Below are positions 11,186 to 20,695 of a stretch of DNA of 64,000 bases, piece by piece. The notes beneath the pieces were generated by a model, which saw only the letters and a list, made by a program, of their open reading frames with translations, did not search any database and had not been told where the DNA came from. Numbering within the stretch: the stretch's first letter is position 1; the number at the start of each line of letters is the position of its first letter. The stretch comes from a virus, in UHGV virus genome UHGV-1363143. One strand, given 5' to 3'. Position numbers and translations under genes: made by a program.

Positions 11186-12379
11186 ATGTTTAAGGACATT
11201 GAACTTAAATTGAATTATCATAAAGAAAGAATAATAACTAACTTCATAAAGAGAGGCATATATCCTGATAATAGATTGATACAATCTCAATTAAATGATA
11301 TAGAGCTAAGACTTTCTATTTTTAAAAATCCTAAAATAAAAGAAGGTTCTCAATTTAACACTGACATAATTAATGATTCGATTAAATACATCTATGATGA
11401 TTTAGCTATATTATATAAATTGCTATATGAAGTTACAGTAACTGAGTACAATAGATTGAGTTACTATATTAACTCTCACTTAAGAGAGTTGGAAGATACA
11501 GCTCAAATGTATTTAAAGCGTGCCAACTTAGAAAGCTATAGCACAGCATTAGGTAAATCAATTTTATTTAAACATAATGACTTTGAAATAGATAAGAAAG
11601 ATAATAATACAGTAATAAATCTAGGAAAGATTTCAATATCAGACGCTACTAAAATAGCCTGTATAGGAAATATAAATAATGTAGAGCACAATAATGTTGT
11701 ATTTAAGTTCAGGGAATCAGGAGTTGATAATCCTGCCACAGTATCATGTAATTCATATTCATACAATAGGGACTTCGTAGTGTTCCCTGGAGAATTAGAA
11801 AAAAAAGAATATGAAATAAGTATTAGTGAATCTCAAAAAATCAATAGTACTTTAGAATTGCCTATAGTTGCAACTGATCCTAACAATGGAAAATTCATAA
11901 CATTAGCTGGAAAAGATAAAATTCTATATAAGATGGCAAATGAGAATGGTGAAATAATAGAAGAAAAGCCAATAGCTATTAATGCTTTAAGTTTTAAAAG
12001 TCATTCGTATATAGACTTTTATATTGTTGGTGGTTCTAGTGTTACATTCAGATTTAATAAAAAACCTCTAGCAACTAACTTCAACACAAATGTAAATAGA
12101 ATCGAGAACTTAGATTACATTCATCATTTCTTTATAGAGTGTGATGAAGACTTTAGTTTCGATTTTGAATTAGAAAGAGGCTCTGTATATGCAATTAAAG
12201 AGAATACTTTAATTAATCAAGAGAAGTTTTATTATAGTGGGCAAGTAGACGTTAAGGATTTTATGATAGTACATTTTCTATCAAAGGAACCTAAGGAATA
12301 CGATGCAACTGTAGAGATCTATAATACATCAATATCAGAAGATGATATAGAGAGCATAATGATTAAAAAGATAGGATAG
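11186..12379 (+). CDS. hypothetical structural-module protein (397 aa)
   Basis: ORF with RBS GGAGGTGAGTAAATG. Confidence 0.5.
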   Translation: MFKDIELKLNYHKERIITNFIKRGIYPDNRLIQSQLNDIELRLSIFKNPKIKEGSQFNTDIINDSIKYIYDDLAILYKLLYEVTVTEYNRLSYYINSHLRELEDTAQMYLKRANLESYSTALGKSILFKHNDFEIDKKDNNTVINLGKISISDATKIACIGNINNVEHNNVVFKFRESGVDNPATVSCNSYSYNRDFVVFPGELEKKEYEISISESQKINSTLELPIVATDPNNGKFITLAGKDKILYKMANENGEIIEEKPIAINALSFKSHSYIDFYIVGGSSVTFRFNKKPLATNFNTNVNRIENLDYIHHFFIECDEDFSFDFELERGSVYAIKENTLINQEKFYYSGQVDVKDFMIVHFLSKEPKEYDATVEIYNTSISEDDIESIMIKKIG

Positions 12380-12389
12380 GTGAAATTGT

Positions 12390-12641
12390 ATGATAACTTA
12401 TAATCATAAATATAGGGGACCATTTGAATATGAAAAATTTGCGCTTAATATTCTATCTTTTCACAATGCCATCAATTCTTTAGAAACTATTGAAATCCAA
12501 GGCACTAATGAAGAGATAGCTACATTAATGTCTATGAGTGATGACATTAATAATATTTTCAATTCCTTTACTGGAAAGAACGGCATATGTGAAAAAAGTT
12601 TCTTACTTGGACTAAAGGAAAGGAAGTGTATTAAATTATGA
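12390..12641 (+). CDS. hypothetical small protein
   Basis: ORF tightly spaced in the module. Confidence 0.4.
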   Translation: MITYNHKYRGPFEYEKFALNILSFHNAINSLETIEIQGTNEEIATLMSMSDDINNIFNSFTGKNGICEKSFLLGLKERKCIKL

Positions 12642-13792
12642 TACCAAGAATGACAAGTCATGAATTAAACAACATACTTATAGAGGCAAATTCAAAGCTT
12701 TCAGGAGTAATTACTGATATAAAATATCTTAAGAATGATATGAGTAAAAAGCTAAAGATATTAAGATATGAATCGGAATATATGGAATATCAAATGGCAG
12801 ATTTGAAGAGAATACACAAGGAAACTTCTAAACCATCAGTTCCAGGACAAAACAACAAGGTATTTGTATTACCTGATCAATCTCTTTCAAACTCGTATGA
12901 ACAATACGGATGTACAATAACTCCTAAATTTAAAAGTGTTCCTGTTAATGTATTTAACATAATGACCACAGCTACAAGTGAAGCTTTCTATAGAGATATA
13001 GCAGAAGTATCTATTAATAATGTAGTTAAGGAAGAATATAAGAATATATTAAAACACGATAGCTTGAAGGAGAAAGAATTATTCTTTGAAGAAATTGATG
13101 GAGATAATCCAGCGATGAATATAAGCATTGTATTAGACAAAACAAAAGTTTTAGGTAATTCACTATTTAATATGATAGAGTTAGACATGTTCTTAAATGG
13201 TTCTTACACAATAGAATATATAAGACTTTTTACTGAAGATGTAGTAAACAATGATGAAATAACTAGTAAGTATGATGAATTTACTAACATTAAAGAAGCT
13301 GGAAAAATGAGATTAGTATTTAATAAAGAATACTCATTCAATAGAGTAGATATTAAAATAATTCCTAAATTCAATACTCAGGTTAATGGAGTGATGAAAT
13401 CACCTATAGGAATAAAACATATATACTTCTACAATGCGAAATTCTTATCCAATTCATATGCTATAGCTGAAATAGAATCAGAAGAATTTATTGATAAAAT
13501 AGATAATGAATTTACACTGATAAAACCAAATGAATCTATAGAATTAAATGCTGATTCAGAAAATATTCAATTCTATTTAAGTTATACAACTGATCCTTCA
13601 ACAGGCGAACCTATATTAAGCTCACCACAAGAAACAAGCAAGCCTGACAACACAAAAACAATAAGTGTTAACGTTAAGAAGATATATGCAAAGATACCAT
13701 TAAAAATACTTTTATCTTCTGATAAAAATTCTGATGTAAATAATCAATCTATAATAGGATTTGTATTTAATATATCATCAAAAATATTATAA
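12638..13792 (+). CDS. hypothetical structural-module protein (384 aa)
   Basis: ORF with a 4-nt start/stop overlap against the upstream gene. Confidence 0.5.
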   Translation: MIPRMTSHELNNILIEANSKLSGVITDIKYLKNDMSKKLKILRYESEYMEYQMADLKRIHKETSKPSVPGQNNKVFVLPDQSLSNSYEQYGCTITPKFKSVPVNVFNIMTTATSEAFYRDIAEVSINNVVKEEYKNILKHDSLKEKELFFEEIDGDNPAMNISIVLDKTKVLGNSLFNMIELDMFLNGSYTIEYIRLFTEDVVNNDEITSKYDEFTNIKEAGKMRLVFNKEYSFNRVDIKIIPKFNTQVNGVMKSPIGIKHIYFYNAKFLSNSYAIAEIESEEFIDKIDNEFTLIKPNESIELNADSENIQFYLSYTTDPSTGEPILSSPQETSKPDNTKTISVNVKKIYAKIPLKILLSSDKNSDVNNQSIIGFVFNISSKIL

Positions 13793-13796
13793 AAAT

Positions 13797-13826
13797 AGCT
13801 CCCAGCACACAAGCTAGGGAGCATTT
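13797..13826. terminator. bidirectional terminator between convergent genes
   Basis: GCTCCCAGC-acacaa-GCTAGGGAGC hairpin flanked by A/T runs; the + and - strand genes end on either side of it. Confidence 0.6.
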
Positions 13827-13994
13827 CTACTTTTCAAGTTGATCTTTATATTTTTCAAGCAATAATTCCACTGCTTCATCAAGAAGTTTTGATCGTGGAA
13901 TTCTTGTATTTTCTTTTAAAATATTTAGCTTTTCGTATAAATCATTGTGAATAGCATCACCAAGTTTAGTTCTATTAACAAGTTTTCCGGCCAA
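13827..13994 (-). CDS. ribbon-helix-helix (CopG/Arc-like) transcriptional regulator, 55 aa (not in ORF track)
   Basis: The minus-strand ORF translates to LAGKLVNRTKLGDAIHNDLYEKLNILKENTRIPRSKLLDEAVELLLEKYKDQLEK. It has an RBS AAGGAAGGTG and a TTG start. The fold pattern is beta-strand, helix, RxxRS, helix. Its own promoter (TTGCAA, 17 bp, TATATT) lies upstream. Confidence 0.55.
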   Translation of the reverse strand: MAGKLVNRTKLGDAIHNDLYEKLNILKENTRIPRSKLLDEAVELLLEKYKDQLEK

Positions 13995-14044
13995 TATAGT
14001 CACCTTCCTTTAACTTTTCATAATATAAATATAGCACACATTTT

Positions 14045-14100
14045 TATTACTTGCAAGTGCTATGAACTCCTTGCAACTACTAGGAGTTTGTGTTATAATT
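14045..14100. promoter_or_regulatory. divergent promoter pair with an operator-like near-palindrome
   Basis: Plus strand: TTGCAA (14071-76), a 17-bp spacer and TATAAT (14094-99). Minus strand: TTGCAA (14051-56), 17 bp and TATATT. The spacer carries AACTACTAGGAGTT, which is 12 of 14 palindromic. Confidence 0.6.
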
Positions 14101-14130
14101 TATTTACACATTAAGAAAGGAAGAGAGTAC

Positions 14131-14748
14131 ATGGAATTAATAGATTTTTATTATTATAACTTAGGTGAAGAACCTAATAAAAGCGAAAAAACAATAACTG
14201 AAAATACATTCGGATTCTTAAAGGATAATAATTATACAGATAGCGATATTATGAGAATGCTAAAAGATTTTCCAGCTAAGATGGCATTAACACCGGATGA
14301 TCTTCCAGAATATCTTTGGGAAGGAAGTTTGACCAAGAGAAATGTTTTCTATTATCACAATGAACTTCACATAACATCCCCAGCTCCATACTGGGATTTT
14401 GAAAATGATAAGATTGTATCCAGTAGGTTTTTCTTAGAAATGAAAATAAAATATAGTATAGATGATTTAATTAAATATTTTTATAAAAGCTTTCCTATGG
14501 ATGGAAGCTTAGTAGATAGCAAAAAAGATAAAGGCTCTATGGAGTATCTCCTTAACAAATATAAGAACATTGATTTTATTGAGCCATTAGATTTTATATT
14601 ATATCTAATTGATGAAGCTGTTAATAATGAAACAGAGATTATTGAAATCATCGAATTAAAAAGATTTGAAAAGGCAACATTTGAATACTTAAAAATAAAA
14701 ACTTTAAATGCTGCTGTGGAGAAAATGAATAAAATAATTTGGAGGTAA
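14131..14748 (+). CDS. hypothetical early protein (206 aa; the track start 14062 lies in the promoter)
   Basis: RBS AAGGAAGAG 7 nt upstream of ATG 14131. The upstream extension would overlap the -35/-10 elements. Confidence 0.5.
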   Translation: MELIDFYYYNLGEEPNKSEKTITENTFGFLKDNNYTDSDIMRMLKDFPAKMALTPDDLPEYLWEGSLTKRNVFYYHNELHITSPAPYWDFENDKIVSSRFFLEMKIKYSIDDLIKYFYKSFPMDGSLVDSKKDKGSMEYLLNKYKNIDFIEPLDFILYLIDEAVNNETEIIEIIELKRFEKATFEYLKIKTLNAAVEKMNKIIWR

Positions 14749-14752
14749 CACA

Positions 14753-15766
14753 ATGGACTGGTACATTGAATGCGGTGGAATATATGACATAAACAATCAA
14801 AAAATATTTGGTAGAAAGGTTTTTGTTAAGCCAGCAGAATTAGATACTACAATTAAAAAACGTTTCAAGAATATTGATGTTTACTCTACTAATTTCTTGT
14901 ACAATACTGAAGATCAGAATGAGAGCGATTTAATCGGACCTTTGTATATAGACTTGGATGGAGAAATACATGATGAAGAAAGCTACAATAAAGTAAAACA
15001 AGATACCTTAACTGCTATAAGTTATTTAACTACAAACCTTAAGGTACCTAAAGAATACATAAGAATATACTTTAGTGGAAATAAAGGATTTCACCTAATA
15101 GTTCCTTATACTGTATTTGGAATTACTCCTTGTAAGGATTTAAATGATAAATATAAGATGATAGCTTTAGACATAAAGAAATATTCATTAAATCAAACAA
15201 TAGATACAAGAATATATGACAAGAAGAGATTAATAAGACTTCCTCATTCAATAAATGGAAAGACAGGTCTTTATAAGGTTCCTCTTACTGAAGATGTCCT
15301 TAGAATTTCTACTTATGCAAGCATGAAGCTATATGCAAGTAAAGATAGAAAAGTTGAATATACAGAAACTAAGCTAGTGGAAGATGCTAAGAGAGCATTT
15401 ATAGAAGCTACAAAAGTTAAACCTAAGATAAAGAAAAACGTAAATACATCATACATTAATCCTAATTATGAGATACCACTATGTATAAAATATATTTATG
15501 CAAAAGGATCTGTGCAAGGAGCTAGAAATAACACCTTAATGATATTAGCTTCTTCGTTACTACAAAAAGGCATGGAACTAGAAGAATGTATTGATACACT
15601 AGTCGAATGGGATGAAGAGAAAAATGAGCCATCAATGGGTGAAAAGGAAGTAGAGACAACTGTTAGAAGTGCATATAGAAACCTAATAGATGGCAGAAGA
15701 TACGGCTGTGCATCAGTAATGGAATTAGGAATGTGCGTAGGAAAGCAATGCAAATTATACAAGTAA
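14753..15766 (+). CDS. archaeo-eukaryotic-type primase-polymerase (AEP) with a PriCT-like C-terminal domain
   Basis: LYIDLDGE (DxD motif), GNKGFHLIV (sxH motif) and RLIRLPHSINGKTG motifs. Confidence 0.7.
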   Translation: MDWYIECGGIYDINNQKIFGRKVFVKPAELDTTIKKRFKNIDVYSTNFLYNTEDQNESDLIGPLYIDLDGEIHDEESYNKVKQDTLTAISYLTTNLKVPKEYIRIYFSGNKGFHLIVPYTVFGITPCKDLNDKYKMIALDIKKYSLNQTIDTRIYDKKRLIRLPHSINGKTGLYKVPLTEDVLRISTYASMKLYASKDRKVEYTETKLVEDAKRAFIEATKVKPKIKKNVNTSYINPNYEIPLCIKYIYAKGSVQGARNNTLMILASSLLQKGMELEECIDTLVEWDEEKNEPSMGEKEVETTVRSAYRNLIDGRRYGCASVMELGMCVGKQCKLYK

Positions 15767-15781
15767 CGGAGGAGAATAATA

Positions 15782-16855
15782 ATGAACGACACTTTAGCAA
15801 AAGAATTAGAATTACATAACATAGATGAAATAACACCAATAAGTAATGAAGAAGAAAAAGAAATTTCAATGGAAGATTTCTTTGCAACATCCACTGCTGA
15901 CTTAGAAGCATTTGATACTAATGCTTGGAGCAAGGGAGATGGATTAACTTTACCAAACTATCCATATATAACTGAACAATTAGAAGGTTTAGATTCAGGC
16001 CTATATTTATTCGCTGGTAAATCTAATCATGGTAAATCAGCTGCAATGATGAACATAATGGAAGATGCATGTTCACATGAACCTAATAAGTTGTATGGAC
16101 TATATTACTCGCTAGATGATAGTAAGAATGAAATAATTCCAAGACTTATTGCTATGGATCAACGTATTCCAATAGGGGTTGCTGCTAAACCTCAAAGATA
16201 TCAAAATATGATAGATAACATGGAAGAAGGTTCTGCACAATATATTGAAATGCTTGAAAAAAGACAAGCAGGTTTAGATAAACTTAAAGCTAATGTAAAT
16301 AAATTAAAGATAGAGGATTCAAGTAAGATTAAAAATGCTGATGATATCCATGAACATATAAAGATGGTATTAACTTATCTTAGAGCAATAGATCCTGAAT
16401 ACAGAATATTAATTGCTATAGACTCTATCAATGACGTTAGATTAACATATACTCCTAAAGATAACGATGTATTAGCAGAAGTAGCTAGAGTAGTTAAAGG
16501 ATGGACTGTAGAATTTGATTGCCCTATATTTGCTAGTACACATATAAGAAAGCTAAATGGTAATAGAAGACCTACTATAGAGGACTTAAAGGATTCTACT
16601 GTATTGGTATATGAAGCTTCTGTAGTTTGGATAGTATTTAATGATGTATCTGAAAACAAACAAGCAGCCAAGATATTCCAAGTTAATCCTAATACTGATA
16701 TGAAACTTCCTATCTTAGAAATAGATTGGGCTAAGAATAAGAAATCTTCATACAAAGGAAGGAGCTTTTGCTACTTTAGACCAGAATACTCTAAAACTAT
16801 TGAGTGCGATGAAGAAGCTATTAAAAGATATTCTGCGTTAGTTTATGAGGCCTAA
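15782..16855 (+). CDS. DnaB-like/RecA-fold replicative helicase
   Basis: Walker A motif LFAGKSNHGKS and a DnaB C-terminal-like layout; positioned after the primase. Confidence 0.65.
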   Translation: MNDTLAKELELHNIDEITPISNEEEKEISMEDFFATSTADLEAFDTNAWSKGDGLTLPNYPYITEQLEGLDSGLYLFAGKSNHGKSAAMMNIMEDACSHEPNKLYGLYYSLDDSKNEIIPRLIAMDQRIPIGVAAKPQRYQNMIDNMEEGSAQYIEMLEKRQAGLDKLKANVNKLKIEDSSKIKNADDIHEHIKMVLTYLRAIDPEYRILIAIDSINDVRLTYTPKDNDVLAEVARVVKGWTVEFDCPIFASTHIRKLNGNRRPTIEDLKDSTVLVYEASVVWIVFNDVSENKQAAKIFQVNPNTDMKLPILEIDWAKNKKSSYKGRSFCYFRPEYSKTIECDEEAIKRYSALVYEA

Positions 16856-16915
16856 ATTATAGTTTTTTAAAAAAATAACATAATATAAAACCAGTAGAAT
16901 ATAGGAGGAATGATT

Positions 16916-17323
16916 ATGGCACTTTATAGTAGAGAACAAACTAAAAGCTTCTTTTCAGAAATAGCACATGAACAAGATGTGTGTTTATATTGTGAAAAGG
17001 CTATATCCGAAAAATTAAATACTGGTAAAATTAATCGTGATGAAATGCACAAAGAACTAAAGCTTCTTAAAGGCAAACTTACTGGTAAGAGAGTTATGAA
17101 ATTCAGATATGTAGGACACGATTTCTGTATATGTCCTGAATGCGTAAGCAATATAAATGCAGAAATCAATCCTGCACCTAAAGAGGAAAATCCTGTGCCT
17201 AAAGAGCAAGAAGTAGTATCAGATGATAGTTCAGCTGAAGCAACTGATGTAGAGCCAGTTACTGAAACTGTAAAGCCTGATAGCAAAGGTAAAGGAAAGG
17301 GAAAGTCTAATGCGTCCAAATAG
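16916..17323 (+). CDS. zinc-finger protein with a Lys/Gly-rich C-terminal tail
   Basis: CLYCEK...CICPEC motifs and a ...KGKGKGKS tail. RBS AGGAGG at ATG 16916. Confidence 0.45.
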   Translation: MALYSREQTKSFFSEIAHEQDVCLYCEKAISEKLNTGKINRDEMHKELKLLKGKLTGKRVMKFRYVGHDFCICPECVSNINAEINPAPKEENPVPKEQEVVSDDSSAEATDVEPVTETVKPDSKGKGKGKSNASK

Positions 17324-17570
17324 ACAAAAGACAGTACATGATGTAAGGGGCAGTAGAATTAAATGTATTAATTTTCAAAAATGCCCTTTATGCTATGGAT
17401 GCAGAAGATATAGCTCTATAGATCCTGAATGTAGAATCTGCTTACTAGAAAATAAAAAGCAAAATATATGTAATGTAAATCTTCATAGAGATGAAGTTAC
17501 AGCAAAGATGATAACTAAAGGAAATATATTATTACAAGGTAGCTTAGACTTTAAAAGCATGCCTGTTTAG
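17310..17570 (+). CDS. small Cys-rich (zinc-binding) protein
   Basis: CPLCYGC...CRIC motifs. Confidence 0.45.
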   Translation: MRPNRQKTVHDVRGSRIKCINFQKCPLCYGCRRYSSIDPECRICLLENKKQNICNVNLHRDEVTAKMITKGNILLQGSLDFKSMPV

Positions 17571-17582
17571 GAGGAACAATTA

Positions 17583-18056
17583 ATGATCAACTTTGAAGAG
17601 TTACACCAAAACCAAGCAATGTATATTGATAAAATTAAGATAAGTCCATTAAAGAATTTTGTTATAAGTTCTTTAGCTCAATTTAGTACAACTACTAAAT
17701 TAAAGAAAGCTAATAAAGTAGCTGATATAGTATGGCAAAAGTTTGAGCATTTAGGATATATAACTGCAACTGCTCAACAACAATTCGTTGATATAACTAT
17801 CGCTGGATGTTTACTTCATAACTTATTCTATTCAGAAGATGATATATCAACAATATTAAAACATAGAACTAAGTTAGCTGAAATAGCTAAAGATACAGAA
17901 ATTGATGAAAGACTACTTGCTTTGGTTTATGAAATAATTGAATCGCAGTTAGGTGAAAATCATCCTATTCAAAAATTAAAGCCAACTACTAATAGTCCAA
18001 GCTACACATTCGCAGAAGCAGTATGGCAAGTTAATGGATATAAAGCAAGAGTTTAA
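17583..18056 (+). CDS. hypothetical protein
   Basis: ORF with RBS AGGAGG. Confidence 0.45.
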   Translation: MINFEELHQNQAMYIDKIKISPLKNFVISSLAQFSTTTKLKKANKVADIVWQKFEHLGYITATAQQQFVDITIAGCLLHNLFYSEDDISTILKHRTKLAEIAKDTEIDERLLALVYEIIESQLGENHPIQKLKPTTNSPSYTFAEAVWQVNGYKARV

Positions 18057-18061
18057 TTACA

Positions 18062-18090
18062 GGCCACACTAAAAAGTGTGGCTATTTTAG
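18062..18090 (+). terminator. rho-independent terminator
   Basis: GCCACACTaaaaAGTGTGGC followed by TATTTT. Confidence 0.55.
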
Positions 18091-18102
18091 AAGGTGAGTT
18101 AA

Positions 18103-18768
18103 ATGAGTAAGTATGTTATAAGTGATATACACGGAATGTATGATAAATTCTTAGCTATACTAGAACTTATAAACTTCTCAGATAAAGATGAGCTTTACAT
18201 ACTTGGGGATGTAATGGATAGAGGTCCAAAGCCCCTAGAGATAATTGATTATATTATAAATCACAAAAACATTCATCTTATAAAAGGTAATCATGAAGCT
18301 ATGTTTACTGAATACTTTGAAGAAGGTTCTCTAAATTTATGGTATATGAATGGTGGCAATGCTACTCATTCACAAATAGTACAAAGAGATTACCTTTATG
18401 AAGAGAGTTTATATAAATATATCAAAAAACTTCCATACTATATGGTTATAGATAAGTTTATCCTAACTCATGCTGGATTTTTCTTTCCTGAAAATCATAA
18501 TGATATGACTATTGAAGAGTTCTTGAGTTGGCAAGATGAAGATACTAGCCTATGGAGTAGAAGTAATATACACTCTACTAAATCCTTTAAAGACTATAAA
18601 ATAGTGTGTGGTCATACACCAGTTCAAAGTATAAATAATAACTATGATGATGTTAAGATGATTCATACACCTGGTCATATTTATATCGACTGTGGTTGTT
18701 GTTTTACTAAGGCTAATGGTAAGTTAGCATGTTTATGTTTAGATGATATGAAAGAATACTACGTATAA
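18103..18768 (+). CDS. Ser/Thr protein phosphatase (lambda-PPase/calcineurin-like metallophosphoesterase)
   Basis: DIHG, GDVMDRGP and GNHE motifs. Confidence 0.8.
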   Translation: MSKYVISDIHGMYDKFLAILELINFSDKDELYILGDVMDRGPKPLEIIDYIINHKNIHLIKGNHEAMFTEYFEEGSLNLWYMNGGNATHSQIVQRDYLYEESLYKYIKKLPYYMVIDKFILTHAGFFFPENHNDMTIEEFLSWQDEDTSLWSRSNIHSTKSFKDYKIVCGHTPVQSINNNYDDVKMIHTPGHIYIDCGCCFTKANGKLACLCLDDMKEYYV

Positions 18769-18779
18769 ATCAAGGAGGT

Positions 18780-19064
18780 TTGTTTATGGGAAGCATTATA
18801 GATAAATACTGGAATGGATATAAATTCACTTATATGGGTGACTTAGAGTTAAGTATCTTTGGTCAGGACATTATCCCAGGCAAACCTTTCTATGTTCCTA
18901 GAAAGACAGCACATGCAATATTAAACAATATAACTCTAGAAGAAAGATTTAATTTTATATATGAAAAAGTATTATTAAGTAATTATATGAGAGGAGATCT
19001 ATCTCGCTCAGAAGTAATTAGGATAGTTAACGAAAGGAGTCCTAAGAACAATGAATTTAACTGA
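18780..19064 (+). CDS. hypothetical protein
   Basis: ORF with RBS AAGGAGG. Confidence 0.45.
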   Translation: MFMGSIIDKYWNGYKFTYMGDLELSIFGQDIIPGKPFYVPRKTAHAILNNITLEERFNFIYEKVLLSNYMRGDLSRSEVIRIVNERSPKNNEFN

Positions 19065-19752
19065 TGAACAATTATTTGATTATATATCATGTCCTGCTTA
19101 CTATGATATGAAACACAATAAGAGATTGGGATACCAAGAAGGACCTACAATGCAAAAACTGCTTGATCATGTGGCAAGATATTTCTATACAAACCTACTT
19201 AATAAAAAGATATGCTCAATGGACGAGCTTAAAAAGAAATGGGACTCAGTATGTAGTAACAATAAAGAGTATATTAATAGCAAAAGAAATATTGAAGGAA
19301 TGAACTACATTATCAATTTTGCTAGATGGGCCTCCAACAATAAAATAATGCTGGCTGACTTTGATAGCTCATATACAGTATCAGTAGATGATATTCAGGT
19401 ACATGGAACTATTGGACCTGTCGCAGTACTACCTGGGAGAAAGTGCGAATTGCTTGTAAATAGATTTAGCAATAGAGAACCAGACCAATATGATATTGAT
19501 AGAAAGCTTAAGTATACATTAGATTGTTATGCTTTTAAAAATGCATACCAGCATGATATTGACGCAGTTAAAGTTGTACATTTTAAGAATAATAAAGAGT
19601 TCTTAACTCATAGAACGCAGACAGATTATGATAGGCTAATATCTACTATAAGAGGCGTTGCTAATGGAATATCTGCTGAAGCTTACTATCCTAGAGAAAG
19701 CGTATTTTGTAGCACATGTGAGATGAAACCATATTGCAAATACTGGAGCTAA
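19051..19752 (+). CDS. Cas4/RecB-like PD-(D/E)xK nuclease with a 4Fe-4S Cys cluster
   Basis: An N-terminal YISCPAYY motif plus a C-terminal C-x2-C-x5-C (CSTCEMKPYC) motif. Confidence 0.6.
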   Translation: MNLTDEQLFDYISCPAYYDMKHNKRLGYQEGPTMQKLLDHVARYFYTNLLNKKICSMDELKKKWDSVCSNNKEYINSKRNIEGMNYIINFARWASNNKIMLADFDSSYTVSVDDIQVHGTIGPVAVLPGRKCELLVNRFSNREPDQYDIDRKLKYTLDCYAFKNAYQHDIDAVKVVHFKNNKEFLTHRTQTDYDRLISTIRGVANGISAEAYYPRESVFCSTCEMKPYCKYWS

Positions 19753-19850
19753 TTTATATTTATATGTTAAATAGATAAAAAGATAAGTAATAGAATTGGT
19801 ACGGAAGGCGAAACGCCACAAGCACCATTGAATCAAGGAGTGAGTTTAAA

Positions 19851-20006
19851 ATGTCAATTACTATAAAAGAATTTGATGGTTATAATTTAAAGGAAGAGGT
19901 GAACTCAATGGCTAAAAAGTGTGCCCCAAAAAAGAAGGAAGCTTGCGCTCCTACTAAGAAGAAAAACACTAAAGAAGCTTGCAAGACTAAAAAGAAAAAG
20001 AAATAA
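19851..20006 (+). CDS. small Lys-rich basic protein (51 aa, not in ORF track)
   Basis: ATG with RBS AAGGAG. The sequence is ...AKKCAPKKKEACAPTKKKNTKEACKTKKKKK. A second in-frame ATG also has an RBS. Confidence 0.35.
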   Translation: MSITIKEFDGYNLKEEVNSMAKKCAPKKKEACAPTKKKNTKEACKTKKKKK

Positions 20007-20019
20007 TTCTAAGGATAGA

Positions 20020-20060
20020 CTATTGCTAGTAATTTCTAGTAGTAGTCTTTTCTTTTTTAA
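20020..20060 (+). terminator. rho-independent terminator
   Basis: AGACTATTGCTAG...CTAGTAGTAGTCT stem followed by TTTTCTTTTTT. Confidence 0.55.
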
Positions 20061-20143
20061 AAACATAATATTTAAACAAGAGTGAATAAGAGAACTTTAT
20101 TAGAAATTCAGTTCTCTATCGTTTAAATAGGATGGTGTAAAAC

Positions 20144-20695
20144 ATGGCTTACAAAAGAAGATTTACCCGTAAGAAGAAGACAACTGATGATAAGAAATCA
20201 GAAGTCAAAAAGATGGGTAAGATTAAACATAAGATTACTGAAGTAGACGGTATCAAGTTCCATAGCAAGATGGAATCAGATTACTATATATACTTAAAAG
20301 ATTTAAAAGCTCAAGGAATTGTAAAGAGTTTTAAACTACAACCTGAATTCATATTGCAAGACAAATTTATTGTTGTAGATGGAGTGGTATATGAAGGATC
20401 TCATGAAGACTTTAATAAGCTCAAGCGTAAGACCAAGGCTCCAACAGTACAAGCAATTAAATATATATCAGACTTCGAAGTAGAATATACTAATGGAGAA
20501 GTGAGGATAGTAGACACCAAAGGGCAAGAGACAGCAGACTTCAAGATTAAGAAAAAGATGTTTGCATATAAATACCCACATCTTACTTTAGATGTAATAA
20601 TACTAGATAAAGAAAAAGGCTGGATACCTTATGATGAATACCAAAAGGACAAGAGATTAAGAGCTAAAGAAAAGAAATTAAGAGGTGCATCATAA
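20144..20695 (+). CDS. DUF1064-family phage protein (replication-module associated)
   Basis: ...KITEVDGIKFHSKMESDYYIYLKDLKAQGIVKSFKLQPEFIL resembles the DUF1064 signature (recalled, not searched). Confidence 0.45.
   Translation: MAYKRRFTRKKKTTDDKKSEVKKMGKIKHKITEVDGIKFHSKMESDYYIYLKDLKAQGIVKSFKLQPEFILQDKFIVVDGVVYEGSHEDFNKLKRKTKAPTVQAIKYISDFEVEYTNGEVRIVDTKGQETADFKIKKKMFAYKYPHLTLDVIILDKEKGWIPYDEYQKDKRLRAKEKKLRGAS

Noticed and set aside
14062-14130. Track start of ORF 14062..14748 (MNSLQLLGVCVII...)
   Set aside because: The upstream extension overlaps the TTGCAA...TATAAT promoter and has no RBS. ATG 14131 has AAGGAAGAG at the ideal spacing.
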